DNA of 64,000 nt from Planctomycetota bacterium. Lineage in GTDB: Bacteria; Planctomycetota; UBA8742; UBA2392. Shown piece by piece: positions 34,363 through 44,058 of this stretch. The stretch covers positions 2,300,885-2,364,884 of the forward strand of contig JADJRK010000001.1 of NCBI GenBank assembly GCA_016712285.1, written 5' to 3'. Numbering within the stretch: the first letter of the stretch is position 1; every line of letters starts with the position of its first letter. A model generated the notes under the pieces. It searched no databases. It was not told the origin of the DNA and saw nothing but the letters and a program-made list of their open reading frames with translations. The position numbers were made by a program, and so were the translations under genes.

Positions 34363-36693
34363 TCAGGTTGCCGAAGACGAGACAAGCTCATCGGTGGTTT
34401 GCACCTCGGAAGAAAATGGTTCCTCAATAGGCAGACTGTGCGCGGGGTTTGCCTCTTCAGGCGGCTTCAAGTGCCTGAGCCGCGAAATGATGAACCACGC
34501 CAGGGGGGTTACGCCACCAACGAAGAACATCACGCCGCCCACTGCCCGTAACCACGTCAACGTCTGGAACGTCCCTGACTGGATGAAGTCGTCGCTGCGG
34601 GCGTGCCACAGGCCACCATCCAATACTGCAATCAACTGCGCGATGCCGGCCGGCAGCGTGTCAAGCACAACCATCAGCGCCAACCCGAGATTGACGGACC
34701 AGAATGCCGTTCGCACCAGTACGGTGCTCCAAGCTGCCGGCTTGACCAGATATCGCGCGCAGAACAGCACGGCCGCCAACGAAAGGTTGCCGTACACGCC
34801 CATCAACGCGGCGTGGCCGTGGTTCACGGTCAGGTATGTGCCGTGCTCGTAATAGTTCACGATCGGCAGATTGATGATGAACCCGAATACGCCCGCACCC
34901 AGGAAGTTCCAGAAGTTCACCGCAATCAGAAACAGGAAAGCCTCCGGCATGCCGAACTCTCGAACTTTTCCGCTGCGCAGCGCTGCCTGGGGCATCTGCC
35001 GGAAACGCCAGGCCTCCAGCGTCAAGAGGATCAGCGGCACGACTTGCATGGTCGAAAACACGCTGCCCATGGCCAGCATCGGCTCGGGCTTGGCATTCCA
35101 GTAGAAGTTGTGGGAGATGCCGAGCAGGCCCGAACCCAGAAACAGCAGTGTCGCAAAGAACACGACCCTGGACGCCGCCGGGCGGCTGACCAGCCCCATC
35201 ATCACAAGGTAGTAGGCGATGATCACCGTGGTGAATACTTCAAAGAAGCACTCGGCCCACATGTGAATCACGCACCAGCGCCAGAAGTCGGCGATCACAA
35301 AGTTCTCGCGAGGACCGGCGACAAATCCGGACGCGAACAGCAGCGTGATGGTGCCAACCGCATACAGCATCCAGTTCGGCAGCGCGAACGGAGACGCGGC
35401 ACGAAGCGACGACTTGACCCCGCGGAATATGATCCAGCCCCATAGACCAAGCGCGCCGAACAAGACCCACTGGAACAGTTTGCCCAGCTCAACGAACTCC
35501 CAGCCCTGGTTGCCGAACCAGCGCCAGCCTTCGCCCAGCAAACCGTGGGGCCCCAGCGCGGTGCCAAGCAGCGTGCCCAAGGCCACAAACACCAGCATCC
35601 CGAACAGGAAGTTCACCAGCCGCAACTGGCCCGCGGGCTGTGGACCGATGCGCGGAAGCAGAAACAGTGAGCCCGCAATCCAGCAGGTCGCGATCCACAA
35701 CACGGACAGCTGCACGTGCCATGAACGCGTAACTGTGACCGGCAGAAGGCTGGAAAAGTCGTAGCCGAAAAACGTCGTGAAACCGACGAAGTCATGGATC
35801 GTGAAGATGCCCGCCACAATCTGAAGAAAGAACAGTCCCATCGCGGCGGCAAAAAACTTGTACGTCGCCCGCTGCAGCGGGTCCGCGCCGGTCGCTTCGA
35901 CAGCTTCGCGCGATACAACGGGCTCACACCCATTGGCGTTCCAGCCGTTGCCCGCCGAGAAGCGCCCGTGCCAGAACAGCACCATTCCGACGGCAACAAT
36001 CAACGCCAGCGAGCCCAGCACGCTCCAGAGCAGAGTTGCAGAGGTCGGACGGTTGCCGGCCAGTTCATCATACGGCCAGTTGTGCATGTAGCTGCTGTCG
36101 CCGCCGGGGCGCTGCGCGCCGCAGACCCACGCGCCCCAGAAGAAGAAGGGTGCCAGGTCCTTCAGTTCACGCTCGTCGGTGATGTAGCCCGCGGGATGGA
36201 ACGCATGTTTGCCGCTGCCGGTGAACTTCTCGAGGTAAAAGCGTTGCACACTCGCCCACGCGTGCGCCTGCGCCGGGGTAAGAGTGACCCGGTTGCCTGC
36301 CGGATCATACGTGTTGGCTCGGATCTCATGCTGAACGCGCGCGCCGACACCCTGCTCGGCAATCTGCCCTGCAAGCGCGGGCTCTCGCTGCAACTCGGCG
36401 GCGTACCACTCGTTCATGGCGATGGCGGTCTGGTGCAAGGCCTCGGCGGTGAAGTCCAGGCCGCGGCTTCCGCCGTCACCGAACATGGAGCCGTAACTCA
36501 TCAATGCGTACTTCTGAAACACCTCTTGGCCATCCAGCACCTGGTCGCGACTGAGCAGTATGTTGCCTTGCCCGTCCACGAAGTCCGGCACCGGTGGCGC
36601 GTCCGCGTAAGTGCGGGCACCCAGGTACATCACGCCGGCTGCACCGACGACAAGCACCGCCATCAGGTACTTCCACCAATGTTTGACGCCCAC
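34363..36693 (-). CDS. norZ: Quinol-dependent nitric oxide reductase (qNOR, single-subunit NorB with N-terminal extension)
   Basis: 776 aa. N-terminal TM helix plus a periplasmic extension (FQKYALMSYGSMFGDGGSRG). 12-TM haem-copper-like core with His ligands (ISHNFYWN, HGHAALMGVYG). GTG start with AGGAG upstream. Confidence 0.9.
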   Translation of the reverse strand: MGVKHWWKYLMAVLVVGAAGVMYLGARTYADAPPVPDFVDGQGNILLSRDQVLDGQEVFQKYALMSYGSMFGDGGSRGLDFTAEALHQTAIAMNEWYAAELQREPALAGQIAEQGVGARVQHEIRANTYDPAGNRVTLTPAQAHAWASVQRFYLEKFTGSGKHAFHPAGYITDERELKDLAPFFFWGAWVCGAQRPGGDSSYMHNWPYDELAGNRPTSATLLWSVLGSLALIVAVGMVLFWHGRFSAGNGWNANGCEPVVSREAVEATGADPLQRATYKFFAAAMGLFFLQIVAGIFTIHDFVGFTTFFGYDFSSLLPVTVTRSWHVQLSVLWIATCWIAGSLFLLPRIGPQPAGQLRLVNFLFGMLVFVALGTLLGTALGPHGLLGEGWRWFGNQGWEFVELGKLFQWVLFGALGLWGWIIFRGVKSSLRAASPFALPNWMLYAVGTITLLFASGFVAGPRENFVIADFWRWCVIHMWAECFFEVFTTVIIAYYLVMMGLVSRPAASRVVFFATLLFLGSGLLGISHNFYWNAKPEPMLAMGSVFSTMQVVPLILLTLEAWRFRQMPQAALRSGKVREFGMPEAFLFLIAVNFWNFLGAGVFGFIINLPIVNYYEHGTYLTVNHGHAALMGVYGNLSLAAVLFCARYLVKPAAWSTVLVRTAFWSVNLGLALMVVLDTLPAGIAQLIAVLDGGLWHARSDDFIQSGTFQTLTWLRAVGGVMFFVGGVTPLAWFIISRLRHLKPPEEANPAHSLPIEEPFSSEVQTTDELVSSSAT

Positions 36694-36702
36694 GGCCGGC
36701 TC

Positions 36703-37947
36703 CTATGCCTTGAACAGGGCCGGCACGCCTGCCGGCGAGAAACCATGGAAGTAAGACTCGGGCGCCTTGAACTGCATGTGACTCTGCAACACTTGCGCGA
36801 ATACGTCGCGAAAGTCTGTGTGAACCGGAAGGTCACGTTTCTGGTACAGAGCGCCGTCTTCGAGGCCCTTCCACTCCCCGTGCACTTTTCCGCCCTGGAC
36901 GCCGCCACCCAGCAGGAACATGAATCCGCCATGTCCGTGGTCGGTGCCCTCGTTGCCATTTTCGCGGCAGGTGCGTCCGAACTCGGTCATGACCATGACA
37001 AGTGTGTTGTCTATGCGGTCGCCGATGTCCTCGGCAAAGGCAGCCATCGAGTCCGCCAGCGACTTCAGGCGTGTCGCCATGGCCCCCGTAGCGCCGCCCT
37101 CATTGACATGGTCGTCCCAACCCTTGACGTCAATGCAAGCGACCTGAAGGCCGACATTCGCGCGCAGCAGTTGCGCGACATCCTTGAGCTGCGCGCCGGG
37201 CGCCGAATCCGGAAATGTCGCGCGCTTGCCGATTCCGCGCGCCAGGATGCCCCGATACTCCTTCAACGTTTCAACGGTAGCCTTGCCCTTCTCGCGTACT
37301 TCGTCGTCGCGCTTTTCCATGCCCGGCTCGTCTTCATACAGGTCTTCGAACAATTCCAGCAATTCGCCGTCCTGCGTGACTTTCCGGTCGGGTACAGCCA
37401 GCACCGAATAGTCCCCGCGCAGCGCGCGTGGCAGCAGGCCCTGCATCGCTACTCCGCGCAGCTTGGCGTCTTCCCCCCGCGACGCCTGCAGGTACCGGTT
37501 CAGCCAGCCATTGCGGATCGTGCGGTCGCCGGGGGCCGCGTACTCCATGAAATCCTGCGCGTCAAAGTGGCTGCGCGTGCTGTGGTGTGAACCGACGCAA
37601 ACGATCGGCGCCAGCCGTTTCTTCGCGTACCACGGCTGAAGCGACTTGAGGGCGGGGTGCAGCCCGAACCGGTCATCCAGCTTGAGCAGCGCGTTCTCGC
37701 CCTCCGCCGGAATCGCGATGGTTGGGCGCAACTTGGCGTAGCGCGGGTCGGCGTACGGCACAACGATGTTCAGGGCATCCGCGCCGCCGCGCAGGTACAG
37801 AACGACGAGTGCCGGGCCCGCGGGCTTGGCTTCACCTTCGCCCTTGGCTTCCTGCGCCGACAGGCGCAACAACATGTTCGGCATGGCCATCACACTGGAG
37901 CCGATGGCGAGCGCCCTGAGAAAGCTTCTGCGACTGGAGTTTTTCAC
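36703..37947 (-). CDS. DUF1501 family protein (Tat signal, sulfatase-like fold)
   Basis: 414 aa. RRSFLRALAIGSS twin-arginine signal. TEFGRTCRENGNEGTDHGHGG motif. GTG start with AGGAGG SD. Confidence 0.85.
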   Translation of the reverse strand: MKNSSRRSFLRALAIGSSVMAMPNMLLRLSAQEAKGEGEAKPAGPALVVLYLRGGADALNIVVPYADPRYAKLRPTIAIPAEGENALLKLDDRFGLHPALKSLQPWYAKKRLAPIVCVGSHHSTRSHFDAQDFMEYAAPGDRTIRNGWLNRYLQASRGEDAKLRGVAMQGLLPRALRGDYSVLAVPDRKVTQDGELLELFEDLYEDEPGMEKRDDEVREKGKATVETLKEYRGILARGIGKRATFPDSAPGAQLKDVAQLLRANVGLQVACIDVKGWDDHVNEGGATGAMATRLKSLADSMAAFAEDIGDRIDNTLVMVMTEFGRTCRENGNEGTDHGHGGFMFLLGGGVQGGKVHGEWKGLEDGALYQKRDLPVHTDFRDVFAQVLQSHMQFKAPESYFHGFSPAGVPALFKA

Positions 37948-37955
37948 GACGCCTC

Positions 37956-39596
37956 CTATTGCTTCTGGAATTCCGGGGAACCGAGGACGCCGGCAACCAG
38001 CAACGGCACGAGGTCACGCTTCTGTTCACGCGCATTGTCATCGGAATGCGACTTGATCAGCTTGTCGAGTGCCTTGGACGTCGTATCGCTCAGTGGCGTG
38101 CACAGCAGCTTCCGTGCAAGAATGTCTTTCCACGACGGAACGTCGTCCTCGGGCAGGTCCGCCATCAGGTCGGGAACTCGCACGCCTCCGATGCGACCAC
38201 GAGCAAGGTCGTGCGCAAACTTCCAGCGCACGGACATTGCGCCCGGGTCCTGCCAGGCTTCGGCCTGGTCGTAATAGCCCGTGGGATCCGCGCAGCGGTA
38301 CACAGCCTCGTTCATCTCCACCAAAGACCGGTGCAGTTGTGAAAGATCCACGAGTTCAGCGCCCGTCGCACGCAAAGCGCTGACGACAAACTCGAATGGC
38401 CGTTTGTATTTGGCCTGGTAGTTGGCCTGGTCAAAGAACTCGGGCGAGTCAAAGATGGCCAACAGCACCGAGGCGATATCCCCCTTCTTGTCCTTGAACA
38501 CCTTGGCGATTCGCTTCACCAAAGCGTCCGGCGGGTCGTCACTCACCAGCCATCGGCACAGCTTGAATGCCAGAAAGTTCGCCGTTCCGTCGTGCACTGC
38601 CAGCAGTTTCAGCGCTTGTTCGCCCTCCTGCTGCGGGTCTTCGGCGTTCGCAGCGATCTTCGTGCCCAGCAGCACTTTGTCGCCGGCGCAGTGGAAAAGC
38701 GGGACGAAAACAAACTCCAGCTGCCTCTTCTTGGCCTCTTTGGGGGCAATCGTCCAGCCGGTCAGCAGCTTGGCCAGCTCAATCACATCGTCCTGCGTGT
38801 ACCCGTTGTCCACACCCAGGGTGTGAAGCTCCATCAGTTCCCGCGCGTAGTTCTCGTTCAAGCCGCGCTGGCGCACCGCCTCGACACGCTCGGGGTTGTT
38901 GCGCAAGCGCCGCTCGATCTCTTTGATCTCACTTTCTGTGGCCGGACGGCACGAAAGGTGGTTGTCCAGAAAGAAAAGCATGGCCGGGTGATGGGCGGTG
39001 GCAGCAAGCATGTCGGGGAATGCCCCGAGGCTGTGGCCGCGGATGACCTCGCGTTCCCAATCGACCGACAGCAACGCGACGGGCCCCTTCTCTATGGAGA
39101 CGGCGAAGTGGTTGCGAAAGAAGTCCGCTGCCACTTCGTGCACTTGGTTCTCACTAAGCACCGCGTGCAGCAACACTCCGTCCAGCATCTGGCGCGGCGG
39201 CTCATTCAGCATCCTTCGGGCCTCACGGCGCTCTTTCACCGTTGCATCGGGTCCGACGCGAACAGCGTATTTCTCCGCAATCTCGGCAGACGTCAACGAC
39301 AGTGCAGGACGTAGAGCGATCGCGTCTATCAGTGCCTTCTTCTCTTCGCGGTCGCCCTTCAACTGCTCGACAAGCCAGGCGCGCATCCCCTTCTTCTTGA
39401 CTTCGGCGGCAAGGGCGGGCGTTGCACCCAGCGTAAAGCGGTTCAGAAAGTGATGAATGCGGGCATCTTCGCTAAGCGATGTTTCTTTCCCGGAGCCCGT
39501 TTCCTTCTCGGGCGACGGCGCCTTCTGGCTGTCAGTGGGAAATGCCGTCCACACGACAGCAAACAGGGCAGCCAGAAGTTGAAGGGTACGTGGCAT
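37956..39596 (-). CDS. DUF1800 family protein
   Basis: 546 aa. Signal peptide. GLNENYARELMELHTLGVDNGYTQDDVIELAKLLTGW, which is the hallmark DUF1800 block. Confidence 0.8.
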   Translation of the reverse strand: MPRTLQLLAALFAVVWTAFPTDSQKAPSPEKETGSGKETSLSEDARIHHFLNRFTLGATPALAAEVKKKGMRAWLVEQLKGDREEKKALIDAIALRPALSLTSAEIAEKYAVRVGPDATVKERREARRMLNEPPRQMLDGVLLHAVLSENQVHEVAADFFRNHFAVSIEKGPVALLSVDWEREVIRGHSLGAFPDMLAATAHHPAMLFFLDNHLSCRPATESEIKEIERRLRNNPERVEAVRQRGLNENYARELMELHTLGVDNGYTQDDVIELAKLLTGWTIAPKEAKKRQLEFVFVPLFHCAGDKVLLGTKIAANAEDPQQEGEQALKLLAVHDGTANFLAFKLCRWLVSDDPPDALVKRIAKVFKDKKGDIASVLLAIFDSPEFFDQANYQAKYKRPFEFVVSALRATGAELVDLSQLHRSLVEMNEAVYRCADPTGYYDQAEAWQDPGAMSVRWKFAHDLARGRIGGVRVPDLMADLPEDDVPSWKDILARKLLCTPLSDTTSKALDKLIKSHSDDNAREQKRDLVPLLVAGVLGSPEFQKQ

Positions 39597-39755
39597 GTGC
39601 TTAGCCTCCGGTTTGCGACTACAGAATATTCGATAACCTACTCTTGATATCGTCTAACACCGGGGCTGTGTCGGGGTAGCGCACATTGCCTTTTTGCCGC
39701 GCGACGGCCGATTGTTTTTATTTGGATACGCTTGTCCTTTTATTAGAGTGCACCG

Positions 39756-40430
39756 GTGAGCCAGCCCGCCGACGCCAGCAGCCACATCGCATTCCTGGAC
39801 CGCTACTACGGCCGCCAGCGGCGCGCATATGACTTGACCCGGCGCCTGTTCCTGCTTGGCCGCGAGCGCATGCTGCGCAATCTTGCCATCCAACCCGGCG
39901 AGCGCGTGCTGGAGCTTGGGTGCGGCACCGCCCGGAACCTGCTTTGGCTGGCGAAACGCGAGGCGGCGGCCACCTACCATGGCGTCGACGCGTCGCGCGA
40001 GATGTTAACAACCGCCGCTGACCGCGTGCGCTCGTCCAACGTCGATGTGATCCTGTCGCAGCACCGCGCCGAGTCCCTGACCAGCCCCGGCATGCTTGGC
40101 GTCTCGCAGGGCTTTGACGCTGTGTTCTTCTCGTACTCGCTGTCCATGATGCCCGACTGGAGGGGCGCGCTTGCAGCCGCGATGTCGTGCCTTCGACCCT
40201 CCGGGCGCCTGGCGATCGTCGACTTCTGGGATATGGCCGGCTGGCCCAAATGGATCGCTGAATGGACCCGGCGACGCCTGCACGCGCACCATGTGCACTT
40301 CGACGCCGGCGTACATGACTGGCTGCGAGAGTTGCAAGGTCCCACTCGCCAGCTACACATTGCGCCCGTGGCGCGCCGCTGGGCGTATCTGGCAACGTTG
40401 CAGCCGGCGACGCCGCCACGCAGCGAGTGA
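39756..40430 (+). CDS. Class I SAM-dependent methyltransferase, BtaB-like N-terminal signature
   Basis: 224 aa with a GTG start. LDRYYGRQRRAYDLTRRLFLLGRERML followed by VLELGCGTARNL. From memory this resembles the diacylglycerylhomoserine N-methyltransferase BtaB. Confidence 0.8.
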   Translation: MSQPADASSHIAFLDRYYGRQRRAYDLTRRLFLLGRERMLRNLAIQPGERVLELGCGTARNLLWLAKREAAATYHGVDASREMLTTAADRVRSSNVDVILSQHRAESLTSPGMLGVSQGFDAVFFSYSLSMMPDWRGALAAAMSCLRPSGRLAIVDFWDMAGWPKWIAEWTRRRLHAHHVHFDAGVHDWLRELQGPTRQLHIAPVARRWAYLATLQPATPPRSE

Positions 40431-40463
40431 GTCAACCATTGCCGGGTGGCGTCCACCTTGCGT

Positions 40464-41513
40464 CTACAACGAAGCGTACGATCGTGCGACACGCTGCTTC
40501 GGGGGCCGCAGCGACCACGGCCTCGCGCTGCGCGGCAGCAGCAACAGCGCGGCAAACAGCAGCACAACTCCTGCTCGCAGCGGCCAGATTGACCAGGCCG
40601 GAAGCACCGAACTCAGATCGACCAGCGCTGCACCCGGGTCGCCCAGTCCGACCATGACCGGTGCCTTGAACCAGTAGTAGGCGCCGACCGCAGCGGCAGC
40701 AAACAGCGCCGTCAGCCACGTTTGCGCGCGGGGGTACGCGTTGAGAACCACCAGGAACAGCACCAGCGATATGGCCAAGCCGCCCATGGGCCAGGCATAG
40801 GCCTCTGGTAGATGATAGATGCCCTCTGCCGGCTCCCACGTCGGCACCTGGTACCAGCCGACGATGAACCCGGGAAACCCGCCAACCAGCAGCAGGGCCG
40901 CCCAACGCCCAGGTCCCCGGCGGGTGGCATCCTGCGGAATCATGGCGTCCTTGGAATCCCGGCACGGCGCCACGCACTTCGAGCAGGTGTTGCAGCGCGC
41001 GTTTCGTACCGTGACGAGCGGCTTGGCGCCGTAGAGCATTTCAACCGGGTACACAGGGCACAGCCCGCTGCACCAGGCGCTGCGCGTGTCGAAGATGAAC
41101 CCCAGCCCGCCGGCCAGAAACGCAACCGCCAGCAGTACCGCACCGGTGATGACGCCGCTGCGGTCAAGCACCACGTGGCGCAGCGGAACGATCACCAGCA
41201 GCAGCAGCACCGCGATCGCCAGCAGAATGCCCTGCCAGCGCTCGCTGATCGGGACACGGCGCGATAGCTTTGCGTGATACGGCAGCAGAGATGCGGTACC
41301 CATCGGGCACACGTTTCGCCAAAGACCCGGCGCAAGCACCAGCAGCGCAGGCGCCACCGGTATCAGCACGTTCCACAGCAGATGCAGGCCCAACTCGGGA
41401 CGCAGGAACAGCGCCGCCAGGATGATCACGCCCACTCCAAAGAACGCACCCTGCATCACGCGCCAGAACAACCGTCGCGGCGTTGTCAGGAACACTTCAG
41501 TTTCCGGTTTCAT
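40464..41513 (-). CDS. Polytopic membrane Fe-S protein, NapH/MauN-like
   Basis: 349 aa from ATG 41513, with GGAGGTG SD. Two Cx3CP motifs (NVCPMGT, WCSGLCPVYP). One CX2CX2CX3C ferredoxin motif (CNTCSKCVAPC). Multiple TM helices. It overlaps the upstream radical SAM gene by 17 nt. Confidence 0.7.
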   Translation of the reverse strand: MKPETEVFLTTPRRLFWRVMQGAFFGVGVIILAALFLRPELGLHLLWNVLIPVAPALLVLAPGLWRNVCPMGTASLLPYHAKLSRRVPISERWQGILLAIAVLLLLVIVPLRHVVLDRSGVITGAVLLAVAFLAGGLGFIFDTRSAWCSGLCPVYPVEMLYGAKPLVTVRNARCNTCSKCVAPCRDSKDAMIPQDATRRGPGRWAALLLVGGFPGFIVGWYQVPTWEPAEGIYHLPEAYAWPMGGLAISLVLFLVVLNAYPRAQTWLTALFAAAAVGAYYWFKAPVMVGLGDPGAALVDLSSVLPAWSIWPLRAGVVLLFAALLLLPRSARPWSLRPPKQRVARSYASL

Positions 41514-42864
41514 GCAACACCTCCGGTTGTCCCATCCACTCCCATAGTGGCCCCCGCGCGCCGTGCTGGCGGCGCCTGCGCCAGTAACGCACCCAGCGCT
41601 CGCCCTCAAGGCCGGGGAAGTACCAGTTCGCGTGCCGTCGCTTCAGCGTACGCGCGAACGGCTCAAGTTCGTCGCGCACGGCGTCGCTGATGTAGAACAC
41701 CGGCTCAAGGCCGAGGTCGGCTTCGGCGATCAGCCCCTCGTGTTCTGCCCGGCGCGCCAGTGCAGTTCCGGGATACAGGCGCACCCCCAGCATCCCGAAC
41801 ACTGCGGTTGCGCCGGTGGACTCGATGACGCGCACGGTTTCATGCATCGACTCGCGCGTCTCATCCGGACCGCCAAGGATCAAACTGTGCGCGAAGCGGA
41901 TACCCGCATCGCGACACCACGCCGACGCCAGCAGAATCTCCGTCACGCCGAACGACTTGCCCAGGGCCTTGAGCGTGTCGGGCGAAGCGGCATCGGTGCC
42001 GAACTCGATGCTGCTGCAGCCGGCCCGGGCCATCAGCGCCAGAAGCTCGGGCGTCAGCCCGCGCGGCGAGACGTAGGCCGTCCAGTGAACGTCGGCGCCA
42101 CGCCGCAACAACTCTTCGCAGAATGCATGGGCGTGGGCCGCCGGCTGGTTGAACGTGTTGTCGACGATGAAGAAGTGCCTTGCCCCGTGGTCGCGCTCTG
42201 CACGCAGCATCTCGTCAACGACCGGGCCGACGTCCCGCAGCCGCGAGTCACGACCCTCGAGCAACGGGTAAGTGCAGTACGTACACTGGAACGCGCAGCC
42301 GCGGCGGGTCTGGACGTTCAGCGCGCCGCCGCGCCGATAGTACTGGGCAATGTCCAGTAGATGCAGCGCTGGCCGCAGGCCCGGGATCGTCCCTTTGCCC
42401 TGAATCACGCGACCGCGCAGCGAAGCCACGCCGCGGCGCCGGAACTCGCCCAGCAAGCCGATGAATGCACTTTCTCCTTCCCCGGCCACGCCGCAGTCGG
42501 CACCGAGCTCACGCAGAAACAGTTCGGGCATCAGCGTGAACGCCGAGCCGCCGAGTACAACAAGGGCCGACGGCGCGGCTTCGCGCACCGCGGCAACGAC
42601 GCGCCGGTAATCGTCAAGGTACGAGTGTGCACGAGGCCACGCCACGTCATCAATGTTGCGCAGGCTGATACCGACGACGTCGGGGTCACAACACTCCACT
42701 TCGCGCCGCAGCAGGGGCGTTGACTGTTCGCCAAGAAAGCAGGCGTCGAACAGTCGAACGTGATGACCCGCGTGCTCGGCGGCAGCGGCAACCCACGCGG
42801 CGCCGAGCGGCACCACAGGGTCCGGCTTGTGTTCCTGGTTTGCGGCGACGATAAGTACGCGCAC
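41497..42864 (-). CDS. B12-binding-domain radical SAM protein (third copy, different subfamily)
   Basis: 455 aa. N-terminal MRVLIVAANQEHKPDPVVPLGAAWVAAAAEHAGHHV (B12-binding-like). Radical SAM motif RGCAFQCTYCTYP. Confidence 0.85.
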   Translation of the reverse strand: MRVLIVAANQEHKPDPVVPLGAAWVAAAAEHAGHHVRLFDACFLGEQSTPLLRREVECCDPDVVGISLRNIDDVAWPRAHSYLDDYRRVVAAVREAAPSALVVLGGSAFTLMPELFLRELGADCGVAGEGESAFIGLLGEFRRRGVASLRGRVIQGKGTIPGLRPALHLLDIAQYYRRGGALNVQTRRGCAFQCTYCTYPLLEGRDSRLRDVGPVVDEMLRAERDHGARHFFIVDNTFNQPAAHAHAFCEELLRRGADVHWTAYVSPRGLTPELLALMARAGCSSIEFGTDAASPDTLKALGKSFGVTEILLASAWCRDAGIRFAHSLILGGPDETRESMHETVRVIESTGATAVFGMLGVRLYPGTALARRAEHEGLIAEADLGLEPVFYISDAVRDELEPFARTLKRRHANWYFPGLEGERWVRYWRRRRQHGARGPLWEWMGQPEVLHETGN

Positions 42865-42903
42865 GGCGGACCCCCGGGCAGGAGACTGTTACTCTGGATT
42901 ATA

Positions 42904-42917
42904 GGATATTCTTATCC
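42904..42917. promoter_or_regulatory. Inverted repeat GGATA-TTCT-TATCC in AT-rich island upstream of the radical SAM gene
   Basis: Read directly. It has the same GGATA-N4-TATCC core as the palindrome at 17486..17509. It lies 40 nt upstream of the GTG at 42864. Confidence 0.35.
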
Positions 42918-42920
42918 GCA

Positions 42921-43532
42921 TTGCTGCTGTTTTTGCCGGTGTCCGGCGCGGGTTGCGTATCCCGCGAGGCTCCACGCTCGGACCCGGCCGCCAAGCAGTT
43001 CGACGCGGGATGGCAGCGGGCCGAAACGCTGGATGCGTGCATTCGGCGCCTGGATAGCGCGATCGCCCCGGGCCTCGCCATGGGCCAGGATCGCCCCTCT
43101 TCCGTGCTTCTGTCTGCCGCGTTCTGGCCCGACGAAGCCGCAAGGTTCACAGATCTGCCCGGCCCGACCAGCAAGGCAAGCCTCTGGGAACGGCGTCTGC
43201 CTGAGCTGTTGTCGATCAGTATGGCCGTGATTGACGGCCACGCATCGCACCCACTGCTGAAGCCGGAGGCGTGCCGTTGGCTGGTGTACTCCGGGCTGCG
43301 CGAGGATTGGGCGCCGGTCGGCGAGGGCGCGGCACTTGGTACAGGCAACATTTCGGGGGCAGCCGAGATGCGAGTGGTGTTTCGCATTGCCGTGGCGCCG
43401 CGCGCGCTGCAGGGCACGCGCCACGGCGAGGCGCTGGAAGTGACGGCTTGGGGACTGGGTCTGGAAGTCCACGCCGCACAGATGCTGGACGCCCGAGGCC
43501 GCATTCTGCGGCACTGGTTCCACAAGAGTTAA
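42921..43532 (+). CDS. Hypothetical protein (possible lipoprotein)
   Basis: 203 aa with a TTG start. GC3-rich codon pattern. Short hydrophobic N-terminus LLLFLPVSGAGC. The opposite-strand ORFs here look like Arg/Ala/Pro-rich shadows. Confidence 0.4.
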   Translation: MLLFLPVSGAGCVSREAPRSDPAAKQFDAGWQRAETLDACIRRLDSAIAPGLAMGQDRPSSVLLSAAFWPDEAARFTDLPGPTSKASLWERRLPELLSISMAVIDGHASHPLLKPEACRWLVYSGLREDWAPVGEGAALGTGNISGAAEMRVVFRIAVAPRALQGTRHGEALEVTAWGLGLEVHAAQMLDARGRILRHWFHKS

Positions 43533-43537
43533 AACTG

Positions 43538-43589
43538 ACCGGCCCGGGCACACGCCCGGGCCGGGGTCTCCCCTCCGGCAGTGGGGAGA
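43538..43589. terminator. Two adjacent GC-rich hairpins between convergent genes
   Basis: CCGGCCCGGGC-ACAC-GCCCGGGCCGG (11-bp stem, 43538..43563) and GTCTCCCC-N9-GGGGAGAC (43565..43589). There is no clear U-tract. Confidence 0.45.
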
Positions 43590-43596
43590 CGGACGG

Positions 43597-44049
43597 TCAC
43601 TTCTTGAGGGTGCGCACGTAGGCCACAACGTGCCAGCGCTGCTCCTCGTTAAATGTGCCCTTGAACGGCGTCATCCCGGAGTTGAACGGCGCAAACCCGC
43701 CGCCCTCGCTGATTCTCCAGAACAGGTAGTCGTCGCCGACCGCATCGTGCAGCTTGGGATTGGACAGGTCGCCAGCCGGCGGGTTCAGCGCCTTGCCCAG
43801 CGGCCCGTCGCCCGCACCGGTCGGACCGTGGCAGGTGGCACAGTTGGCGTCGAACAGCTTCTTGCCCTCTTCGGCAGAGGCTGTGGCCGGCTTTTCCTTG
43901 CCCTTGTATTCGGCAATGACCTCGGGCCGGGTAATCGTGTCGTCGGCCTTCTTGCCCCGGTTGCTGGGGGCAGCGTTATCTCCGCCACACCCGACTGCCA
44001 GCAGCGCTGTGACTGCCAGCAGCAACGCACTTAGAATGGTGATTTTCAT
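43597..44049 (-). CDS. Lipoprotein-anchored monohaem cytochrome c
   Basis: 150 aa. Lipobox LLAVGC. CATCHG haem motif. GGAGAGAGCC SD. Confidence 0.85.
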   Translation of the reverse strand: MKITILSALLLAVTALLAVGCGGDNAAPSNRGKKADDTITRPEVIAEYKGKEKPATASAEEGKKLFDANCATCHGPTGAGDGPLGKALNPPAGDLSNPKLHDAVGDDYLFWRISEGGGFAPFNSGMTPFKGTFNEEQRWHVVAYVRTLKK

Positions 44050-44058
44050 GGCTCTCTC

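Noticed and set aside
42899-43628. Minus-strand ORFs 42899..43525 and 42912..43628
   Set aside because: They are Arg/Ala/Pro/Cys-rich with no motifs, and they lie antisense to a plus-strand ORF with better codon structure. They also run through the terminator hairpins.
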